A DNA stretch of 64,000 nucleotides from NCBI RefSeq assembly GCF_001186125.1, contig NW_014040531.1:36289-100288 (forward strand), written 5' to 3'. A model generated the notes under the pieces. It saw only the letters and a list, made by a program, of their open reading frames with translations, was not told the DNA's origin and did no database searches. Below are positions 39,641 to 50,900 of this stretch, piece by piece. This DNA comes from Sphaeroforma arctica JP610. Taxonomy: Eukaryota. The position numbers were made by a program, and so were the translations under genes. How positions within the stretch are numbered: the stretch's first letter is position 1; each line of letters begins with the position of its first letter.

Positions 39641-42600
39641 AACCCGTTCACTCAGCCATTTCCCCCCCCACACGAACTCCATACTGCTATTACACATGTC
39701 TTGGCCGACCCGGGATTTACAAAGCATTGTCACGTATGTATGGAAGGAAAGGTCAAGGCGCAAAATGTAGCACATACCGATTCGACCACTAAAGTCGGTC
39801 CTGGTGAACAATTCCCCCTCGACCTCCTGGGTCCTATGCTCGAAGATCACTACGGGTACCGCTATACCCTCAACCTTATTGATGATGGCAGCCGTTTTGG
39901 CCTGCACGCTAATCTTAAGACAAAGCAAGACATGCATATCCATCTTGAAAAACTCATCCTACAGATTCCAACATATTAGAAACCCCACACATTGACAGCA
40001 GACGGTGACACCACGTTTGTTTGTGCCAAAACCGTGTCTATGCTTCAAACACACAAAATTCACTTTACGAAAACACCACCACATACCCAACAACTCAATG
40101 GAAAAGTTGAACGACCGCAATGTACCCTCAACGACCTCACTCGCACCAAACTCATTGATGCAAGGATGCCCTGGCAATTGTGGAGTGACGCAAAACGTTG
40201 GGCAGATATGATCAGAAATGACACACTACCACAAAGGGCATTACATCATACTCCAATTGACATATGGCACCGTAAAGAAATTCCACGACCACACAACGCT
40301 CGGTTTGGCTGCCTTGTCATATTTAAACCGGAGGGGCTACCTAAGAAGTCAGCCGACAAGTATGCTACTCAAGGGGGGTGTGGAATTCTACTTGGACGTT
40401 CACACAACTCCACCCCCGATACATGGCATATACAAAGCATTTGTGCACAACGCCACCGGGACTCTCAAAACGTTGTTTTCCTCCCCGACAAGAGACCCCA
40501 GTGGTCTCCTGACGGCAACCGCGCAACACTCATCGACACCCCCACTTCCTATGCTACACCGACAGACTGGCATACTTCCACAACCCTTGCGACTATCACT
40601 ATACCACAAATCAGTACCCACCCCCCCCCCCCCAACCGTTGGGACACTACCTCCACCTCATACACCCACTACACTAGACGACACTTCCCCAGACGACACT
40701 GACTCTTCCCCTGGCCACCATGACCACAGACATCGACACACCCACTCCGACCTCCCCTCCTCCTTCCACACACTCATCAGTACACTCATTTGGCAGCAAT
40801 ATTGCAAATGACACAAAAAATACTTTCGACGAAGTCTCTTCTGACTCGAATTCAGAATACGAACTTATACGCGACAACCATCATCACACTGATACTGATA
40901 TCAACCTCAGCGTTTTGGACGAGTGCCCTCCATCCACACCTTTCCCACACGATGACTCCACTCTCAGTATCATAGCTGAAAGTGGGCACATATCAGACCC
41001 TACTCTCCACCATCGGCCACTTATTGACTCCACTCCCGCTGTTCACGTCCGTTCCACACAGCCCACATACTGATGTGATCCCACTCTTTTGGAAACACTA
41101 GTAATGATGGACCTCGCCGTACCTAAGAGTATCGCCCAAGCCCAACGAATGCCCAACTGGCCACTATGGAAGGCCGCTATCGATACCGAACATCAGGCAT
41201 GACATCATACCCCAATCCCAGGTTCCACGTAATACACGTATCATACATTCTAAGTACGTACTTGTTCGAAAGCATGATGAAATGGAAAACTGACCATTTA
41301 AAAGCCCCGCATGGTTGCTAGGGGGCGACCAACAGCAACACGGCGACTCATATAGTGAAACATACGCTCCAGCAGCTTCATCGGTTGCCCTTCGCACTTT
41401 CATCGCTACCGCCGCCTACGAGAACAAAGAGATCCATCATGTCGATGTTGCCACAGCTTATCTTTACGCAAAATTAGGTATTCCTGAATATACGTATCCC
41501 CCGAGAGGGGCTGCCGAATTAGGATTTTACCAACCCGAGACGGTACTCAAACTTACGCGCGGCTTATATGGCTTAAAACAGTCTGGTAGACTGTGTAATT
41601 TTGATATGGGCGATAAACTACAATTCATTGGATTCGCCCGTACTGAAGCCGATGAATCAACTTGGGTCCACTCTACTAAGGATATCACTATTGTTCTATA
41701 TGTCGACCAAATAGTTCCTAAGGTCATACGAAATACCCAAGATGCACTCTGGCTATTTCAAAACTTAGCGAAACACTACATTATCAAGAACCTGGGACTC
41801 GCACGTCACCCTGTCGGACTTAAAACCCAACAGCATCCTGATGGCTGCATCGAAATCGGCCAAAAGGTATACGTTCAAATACTCCTTGATACCTTCGAAC
41901 TTGTGGACTCTCCAACAAAGGCTACTCCCGGCACTCATCTTCACCCCAGTTCACTGACAAGCGATTCCTGTCATGAAAAATACAGATCACTCTTAAGGGC
42001 ACTAGGTTTTGTGGCTAACATGTCCCGTTCGAATATTGCCTGCACACTTAACCAACTTGCATCATACAGCAACAAACCCCTCACATCACATTGGACGGCG
42101 CTACAGCGTATTTTATCATATCTATCTGCCACCAAACATTTTACAACAAACACACCCACAGCTAAATCATTGCAAGCCTGTTCTGATTCAGATTGGGGTA
42201 CCTGCCTCGGCACACGCAAGTTTCAGAGTGGCGCTCTTAACAGCACACCTATTTTATGCAAATCTGCTAAACAAAAGACCATCGCCGGCAGCAGTGGTGA
42301 AGCAGAATATATTGCCGCCGCCGAAATCACGCGAAACATAGCTTGAATCTGCATTATATTAGAAGGCATGAAACACACATTGCAAGCACCCACTATATTA
42401 CATATAGACAACCAATTTGCCATTAAGGTATTTTTGGGCACATGCACACGAAAAGGTCTCAAACACATTGAGGTCAAGGAACACTACATACGCGACTGCG
42501 CTCGACGCAACGTCATCGACCTTCATTACATTTCTACATATGACAATCCCGCGGATTTACTCACCAAGAGCTTATCTCGACCGAAACACGAACATTTCAG

Positions 42601-42718
42601 TGCCATGTTATTATACGCCCATGACGATTACTTCGCCAAGGCTCAATCTATTTGGTTACTACGGCTACTTCGTAAATAGGTACGGTCTCAGCGTATCAGA
42701 GTTTAGCTTCAAGGGGGG

Positions 42719-42893
42719 TGTAGAGTAAGAATTACTCTCTCTATAAATCCTAAACACATCACTAGTTATCCGTACCTCCGACCGCATGGCCTGAACGGAT
42801 ATTTACACCTAGCATAGACTTATAACTAAATATGTCTGACATCAACCAAATAAAATTATTCATTCGGGTTAAGAACTTTATTTCTATTCTACA
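42719..42893 (+). repeat. Copia LTR (175 bp)
   Basis: Follows the PPT AAGGGGGG (42711-42718). It starts TGTAGAGTAAGAA and ends TTTCTATTCTACA (imperfect terminal inverted repeats), and contains TATAAA and AATAAA. Confidence 0.88.
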
Positions 42894-42904
42894 GGTTATG
42901 GGCC
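42894..42904 (+). promoter_or_regulatory. Primer binding site, half-tRNAiMet type (GGTTATGGGCC)
   Basis: Lies immediately after the LTR-terminal CA and matches the copia-type internal tRNAiMet PBS GGTTATGGGCC(CAG). Confidence 0.8.
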
Positions 42905-43094
42905 TCGATTCACCGCTGAAGGTTCGGCTGCTGGATTTCTCCCATGGGATGATGCCGAACCCACCATAAACCCTTGTACTTGTAAGTCAGGGTCCACAAC
43001 TGTTCGTGCCTGGAACCTAGGCACTCGCTCGCGGGTATCACTCCCGACTGATCATAAACAGGACGATAAAAAACAGTACTTGCCGCTGCTTATA

Positions 43095-44420
43095 GAAAAT
43101 CCTACATTGCTGCGATATTCTACACCTTCTGGGTTTGTTTGCTTGTTGTTTGCATCATCTAATGTGCGTCTTGGACAAGGAACGCCTCGAAGATATGGTT
43201 ATCAATGGATATAAAATATATTTTGATGCATTCACTTTCGTAACACAGTTAGTGGGGATATACAGTAGTATCGACTTCCGTACAATTTGGCTACCTCCGT
43301 TCGCAGGAGGTTGCTCGATGGTACGTGTCTGAACACATGATCTTTTTACCAATACATTGAAATGTGTTCTAAGAGACATGACAATTAACAGCGAAGGCAC
43401 AAAATAAAAGCACAGCACGTGTACTGTAATCTGCCGTAAGCTATGCATCCGGTCTACCTGATGACGTCTAACTGCATTGATAATTTTCACTGGCATCAGG
43501 CAGGCAGATGCGTGAGAATAACAGTATTTCAATTTATTGATAGCATCACACTTTTGTTTGGATCCGGAATTTATATATTTTTTATAGACACCAGAGTATT
43601 TTCGTCCCTATTAGATTTCTAACCAATACAAAGTTTCGATTGTATAACATATCGTACTTAGGTATACGAAGACTTCATATAGTTAATATATGTAGGTGTT
43701 ATCTTATTAAACAGTCATATTACAACTACAAGATTCGAACAGCCAAATACAAAACCCAACTTACGCCATGATCAGTTCCATGTTACCACTGTCGTCGTCT
43801 GGTGACAGGTTTTCATGCTGACGAGTGTAAGAGCAATTCCTTCACAGCGTCGAGGTGTGATCGGTGGTATTGTAAGAGGGATTGAAAGCGAAAAGATTCA
43901 TTGCTCTGACCGTGAGCGACTCATAGCTACACAGGAGACAGCTACTTTGATAGTGCCATGTATGGAATAGTTGTGGCTGGCATAGAGGCCGCGGGGAGCA
44001 GAACGGTAGTGCTCTGGAATCGGTTGGACGCGCAACCAACATGGCTACATGTGCTTTGGATGCCAGCTGAACGACATTAGCCACCGATATCTGTCAAATG
44101 CTATCGAGTGTCAAACGTCATTGCATGCAGGTGTGGTGCGTCGGAGATTGGATTTATGAACCCCCGAGTGCAATAATCAACAACGAGCACCACAGATTTA
44201 TTTGAACATATTTCAAGACCAAATTTTCAATAAAGTATCTATATTCAGTATATCACTTACTTGATATGGCGCATACGATCGATGGTATGTTTCGATAAAA
44301 AGTGTAGCATATGCTGCCCCTAGCGAAATGATTTTCATAGCCAAGGGGTCGATCTATGACGGCTTTCTTTACATAGTACAAGGGAAAGGGCATCTCGAAG
44401 ATATGTGTAGCTATTTTGTG
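43095..44420 (+). repeat. Degenerate duplicated unit, copy 2 (order C'-A'-B')
   Basis: Same shared strings as copy 1. Confidence 0.85.
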
Positions 44421-44814
44421 AATCTGACTGGTAGTGACGACACAGATTTGGGTGCAGCTAGAACTTTCACCGGCATTTGTTTTAGGGAATTTGAATCGGT
44501 ATTCATGACACCTCTGGTATACCATCGGTCACACTTCAAAGACTCTCAATCTTGACTGAATTCGACCGCATTCCGCTAAAATTTACTCTTGCCACTGACA
44601 AGTATTTGCTCTGTATACTGACAAATCATGTGCTTACTCAAGCTCTTAAAATTGTCAGTTTCGATGTAATGAGACACTTGTGCATCTAACCATGGCTGAG
44701 TATTGTCGGATATGAGATGTATTAAAACACACTGTCAGTCATCGAACACGGACCGCACGCTATAAAAATTGATCAAATTTAGAAATCGGCCACAATTCAC
44801 AAGGAGTCTAACAT

Positions 44815-44997
44815 CAATTTATTTAAATTGTATTTTTTTTTGCCTAAGGTGCATATCTGCTAAAGCAATAGATAGTTGTCATCGTATTTAAATGATGTAA
44901 GAAGCCCATCAGTAATTTTTTAATTGTAATATTTATCGCCTAAGGTGCATATCAGCTAAAGCAATAAATAAATGTAATCATATTTAGATGATGTAAT
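44815..44997. repeat. About 95 bp tandem duplication covering the SF3B1 stop codon and proximal 3' UTR
   Basis: gcctaaggtgcatatc.gctaaagcaata.ata...atttaXatgatgtaa occurs at about 44842 and about 44938. Confidence 0.8.
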
Positions 44998-47918
44998 CCA
45001 GTTCCGGTCTCTCGTAATTATTTCTGTCGTCATCGCCGATGCGAGGATACGCTGGTATGAGTCCGTCTTGCATCCCTGTTTCGGTACACAAAAATAATGA
45101 ATAGATCATTTACATTAGCGACGTGTCAAGGTATCATCATCGAGTGTTCTGAAAATGAATCAAGGAACAAGAGCACAATGCGGGACAGAAAGCATCCGAA
45201 ACATGTCTGTAAGGAAAGAGCTACAAATAGAGCACAAATGAAGTGAACTGGTGTACGAGTGCATTTAGTATGTGCGCAACTGTGTACATAGAAAGTGCAT
45301 ATATGCATATACGTACAATGACCTTTTCGCAGTCAAAATTGAATACTATGTTTAATTCGCTGAGCGCATACGAAAGTAAAATCATCAAACAGTAAATTCA
45401 TACACTGACAAGAATAATCGCGACCACTCTTGAAATATTATACAGGAGTATTCACTTAATGCAACGCCCCCAGTACTAATCTGCCCGATGGTTTCACACT
45501 CAAAGACCAACTGCAGCTCAGCAGCCATATGCACGCGATGGGAATTGTACGGACTTCAATTGTGTACATCATACCATCACCACCCCATCTGTGAAACTCT
45601 GTTAGCTTGGGGCACAGCTCCTGGGCTCTAATTCTCAAGCAATTGCATACTAGTACACGATTTTAGACTGGAAAAGAAATGTCACAGCCAACAGATGCGA
45701 TATATGTGGTGCGCTGATTGGAGTGAAAAGTTGATATTACTTACACAGACTCAACACAAAAACGGAACAATCGCAAGAGCAACACAAACCTCGCGATCAG
45801 TGCGTCTAAGGTCGTTCAATATAGCGATGTGTCTCACCAAGTATTGTAGTATGTTTTGCTAGCATTCATACAATATAGGCGTGTTGGAGTAGTGCCCCTC
45901 ATCCACCACACAGCAGTCTATGGTGGCCCAAATACTGATAGCAATAGAAGGTATAAGCGATATGCGCATTTAGAGTCGGAAACAAACATACCTATATATA
46001 TGTTGTTGTATATCTTCCAATATACATCCCGTACTTTTCTCGCCGGATGGAATAGACCCTGCAAATTAATGAGGCAAGATAGGGCCAATGAATAAGAGAA
46101 GTCGCGTAATCGCATAACAATGAGATAGGCTGAACTACGTCAGACTGTCAACCAAACTTCTATTACATCCTTGGATGTCTAGACACCACAGTCGGATCTC
46201 AACGAGCGATATAGTAGATATTGTAATCGGTTCAAATCCAGATGTATCCTTTTCGGATTTCAGTCGAGATAATGTTTTACACTAGATTTCAAACACACAC
46301 ACTTGAGGAATTCAAAATCCCAACCCATGATAAGTAAAACTCCAAGCTCAAACACACACTCTTAAACCAACCACTGGTCGCCCCAAAACAAAACTCTCAA
46401 TCCTATTTTTTTTAAGCTGACACATGTGTTTACAATGCGGACTTTAAAATCGAGCACACACTGAAATCTATTTTGCAGCTTATGCCAATACACATACCTG
46501 CAACGTGTACTGTAACACTCGAGCGGGTCCCAAACAGAAGGTTAGACCCAGCACAGCGTCCATTGTGGCGTTGATGACGTGCGGTGATGTTTCAAAGATG
46601 TTCGGCCACACGAAGTTGAGCAGATGAGTCATGGCGTCTTCACAGCCGAAGCCAATCACACCCAATGACATGTGTTTGACTACTGTGCATGCTGTTTGTC
46701 GATGGACCTAGTGTATTGAAAGTATCACCATGGTGACGAGAGTGGAGAGTGAGTGGGAATATGGGTGGTATATTCAGTGGCGTATTGCAAACGATACATT
46801 GGCGATGAAATCTTGAGGAAGGCAGGAAGGTGAAGGAATGTCCGCTTTAAGTGCATGGCAACGAAGAGAGAGAGAGATGCTAGATAGGGGTCGGGATACT
46901 AGCTCAGTGATGTAGGGCCTATACAATCATATGTATAGAAAGCACGTAGTAGAAGAGAGTGTGGTATCATACGCAGCACAGCCAAAAATAAAAATAAAAA
47001 ATGTATGGAATTTGCTTTGAGTAATAAAACAGTTAAACACGCCCAATTTAAGTACGGCACTTTCTTCCGCTGCGACCTGATTAAAAAGTCAGATGACCAA
47101 ATACGCCTGCGATTGCTTAGAATTTACCGCGGAACGTCTTACACAAACTTGTACTGAAACTTAAACGCATTCTCAACACATACACATAGTTGTACAACGA
47201 GCAGGAAAGAGCACAAGCTTCCGATGACAAAGTCTTTACATACCAAGTCACGGTCCATGAGCGCATCCTCCAGTAACGGCGTCACTGCGTAGATGTAATC
47301 CTTGCCCATCTCGCCGATGTATTCAAACACAAAACTCAGACTCTTCAGCACCCCGTTCTGCACATTGAGCTCGGGCACACGGTACTCGTTCATCAGATGA
47401 GGGATGACCGTGAATGGCGAGCAGGTCTCGGCCACGATAGCTATCGCAACCGTCGTGCACACACGGTTTTGTCGCTCTTGTACCTGGGGCGTGTGTGATT
47501 GTGCGAGAGGAGAGTTAATAAGGGATATAATCTAGTAGAGCCCAGGGGTTGATAGACTGAAAGGGAAGATGAACCGAGAAAGGGTTTGGCAAGGTATGTG
47601 TAAACATCAGAGTACATTGAGAGATGTTGTGGAGGATATCCAAAAAACACTGAGCGAAAAGTTTCGCGTTTGAGTGTCTGACAATATGAGACTACAGTGC
47701 ACAACGGGATATACATCGACTTCATGACAACTTGGCTAAGTTGATATATATGTCCAGTATTTGCTAATGTGTGATGCTAGACTAGTATCATACTGTATAA
47801 CAATGGCGCTTCTAAATCACGCTTGCTAGCCACAGGTGGATGCCCCCATGATAAATACACACACACATCTAAAAGCATACACACACACACACAAGCATAC
47901 ATACAAACACAAACACAA

Positions 47919-47952
<34 letters not shown>

Positions 47953-50900
47953 CACATTTGACAATTGAGCAACCCACCTTCAAATTGTTTAGAAGAGTAA
48001 TGAGCACATCCTGTGGACCGATCGCCTTTGCAATGTAACCAAATGTGTTGACGGCCGCCCTTCTGATACTCTTCTTGTGCGCCTTCAGTAATTCCAACAA
48101 CTCAAAGCAAATGCGCATCCATTCTCGCGCACCTACGTACTCGGCACCCCTGTCGGCTATACGTCCCACCTGCAGCGATAATGACGTTCACGTAAGTCGA
48201 CGTAGGATGAAGCGGAGCTGTGACCTTTTAAATCTGTGGATATCTAAGACTTTGGTATTTCTGTGTTGTGTGAAAGCCGTATATAAGGGCTTGGTAAGAT
48301 CTGTGAGTATACAAATTGTTGGTACTTGTGCGATATGTGGGAAGATCCAACAGTGCACTACTGCGATGTTCGAGATGATGATGAGCACATTTGTGATATG
48401 TGAGGTGATGTTTTGAGAGTGTTGTGCAAGGTGGGGGACTGTTCTGCATAATTGTCCCAGTGAATTATTGGCACACATATGTGTGCTGCTTTGCAACTGC
48501 CATACGAGTACACACTTCGATAGGCTAAAAAAGCTACAACATAACCATATACGCACACGCATGTTTTCAATCACAACCAAGTGCACAAACGCGCACGCTG
48601 GACCGGTTAATGACCAAAGCACTATAATGCAAACAATCGGTTTGTTGGAGGCCGCATTGACGTACCAAATCGATGCAGTTCTCCTGCACCTTCTCGTGCC
48701 TATTTTTCAGAATTGGGGTAAGTCGTGGTAACAGATCTCGGATCGGGGGAGTCATTTTGGACATGCCGATCACATTGACAACCGCCTTCAAGGCGCCCAG
48801 AATTGAACCCAGCACCTCCGGGTACTCTTCACCAAGGTACTCATACAACACCAAACCAAGCTGTATGAGGCCGAAGTATAATGTAGCATGTGAAAAGTTA
48901 GCATTGCAGTAGAAGAGTCAAGAGCTCTAACCATGACAGATATGGCAAAGGTATGCGAATTTTAAGCATGGTGTACCAACACAACGGCATGCGCTCCATT
49001 ATATCAATAACAAACGATGTTATACTCATACTAACGTCTTAGGTGACGGGCACGAACCAGCACAGAACCATTGTGTACGTGCAAACAAAAGGTAGTACGT
49101 CATGTTCGGCGAGTGTGACTACAACCATTTACGTGAATATCGAATACGTTGTGTTGGAAATTACACACACACAGAGAAAAAGAAGAATCTGTATCAGCCC
49201 ACATTGGAAATGAAGTGGAAAATGGCCGTGAAGATCATACACAACCCAACAGTTCTACGGTAGCAAGCACTGGTCATCAGCAACAACTCTCTGGCCCTAA
49301 GCAATACTAAATGGGCCTCATTAGGACATACCTGGGACATGAGCTTGTCTTCATTACAGGTTTTCATCACCACCGCAATGCGCGACATGAGATCGGCACT
49401 CTGCTGGCGCACCTTTGCGCTGCGATTGTTGAGTCGCCATAGCAACACTCCCACTATCTGCGGCAGGTAGGGCTTTGTGCGGATACCTAGTACGTTCACA
49501 ATGGTACCGAAACCGTTCAGCATGACACTGTCCTCAGTGGTTTGTTCCTATGGGTGTGGAAATTGTCGCGTTGATTGGGGTTACGAAAAAAGCGCCATAT
49601 TTATATATATGAAATGAAATGATATGTGAAATGATATGATATGATACGATACGTTAAAAAATGATGAAATAGCAACGCGAAATCGGTAAATTATACCTGG
49701 AAAGCGAACAGGATGCCATCGATCAACAGCTCCTCTAACCTCTGGTCCACATCAGCGGCACCGAGATTGCCCAGGACTTTCTCCACACACTCCATCACCA
49801 TCTTACGGTAGGGTTCCGATTCATCCTTCAGATCATTGACGATTCGGCCAATGATCTCTGAGACTCCCACCTGAGAATATAGACATTTGCATAGACAAGA
49901 GAATGAGCGTGGTTGGTGATCGTGGGTAGACGCATAGGCTTGGATAGAAACAAGTTTGCAAGAGATTTAATATAGGAGCCAAAATTGATATGAGAGTGTA
50001 GGTAAGCTCATGGTTGTAAATACGAAGTAGGAAGTGTAGGAATCAGCGGCAAAACGACCAATAGATCACTTCTGGTAGAGCGTAGCTCTGCATCAGCGTC
50101 CATGGGTCGCCAACGAGGTGTGATAGTAATGCCCGATAAAATCAAGCGGTCTTTTTAACTTAAATGTCTTTAGTATGAACGCACGCGCTCAACTGAAGTG
50201 CACATCACCACGCATGAGTACCGGATGCATGAACAGCCCGATGGAAAATAAATCCGAAACTCAATCAGTTACAGACCAAAAAATAGAACGTACCCAGCAA
50301 AAATGCACAACATTTGCGTACCAATGCACACTAAAGATTTTAATTTGTACTGCTTAGTACACGCTCCCGACACACCACATACTCGACGTATACGAGATTT
50401 ATGCACGCTAGTACATACTTGCGAACTAAGTTATATGTTCGTTAAACTCATACACCCTTCCGGAGACCATGCATACCTTATTTGCCAACTCCACAGTTGT
50501 GTCCACCAATTGACGTGCGATCCGTCTGTCGGGCGCAGTACGTCTCACCCAGAACTGCTCAAAGAAAGGCGGCAGAATCTCCTCACGGATATACTGAGCT
50601 TCCACACCATCTGTGGCACAACATTGCTTGACCACCTGGATAGACCAATGCGAATGGGATGCTGAGAAACATTGCGACTCGAATGCTAGAAAACCGCGCA
50701 TTCGGATTCACATGATTGAGCAGCTGTATGCTTTCGTATCTGCACAAAATCAATCCACTTGATCTGTAGTGGAAGCACGTGATTTTGCGAGGCCCTGGAT
50801 AGAATGGGAACCTTGGGTTTGGTGTTGTTTGGGTGTTTGGCAATGCATTTCACCCAGAACAAGCAAAGCAATTAGAGATGAATCTAGTCGGTCGGTCGCA

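Larger units (their letters stand above)
37500..42904 (+). mobile_element. Near-complete decayed Ty1/Copia LTR retrotransposon (gag - zinc knuckles - PR - IN with MTase-like insert - RT - RNase H - PPT - LTR - PBS)
   Basis: Gag about 37600-38270; knuckles CFVC/CKKCGAKGHKGESC/CTTCNRTSHVQEVC; protease FLIDGGA (about 38675); integrase DLLGP..YTLNLIDDGSR, TADGD, QQLNGKVER; RT YSETYAP, HVDVATAYL, LYGLKQSG, VLYVD; RNase H SDSDWG, SSGEAEY, HIDNQ, KHIEVK, NPADLLTK. The IN-before-RT order identifies Copia. Several frameshifts and stops are present. Confidence 0.95.
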
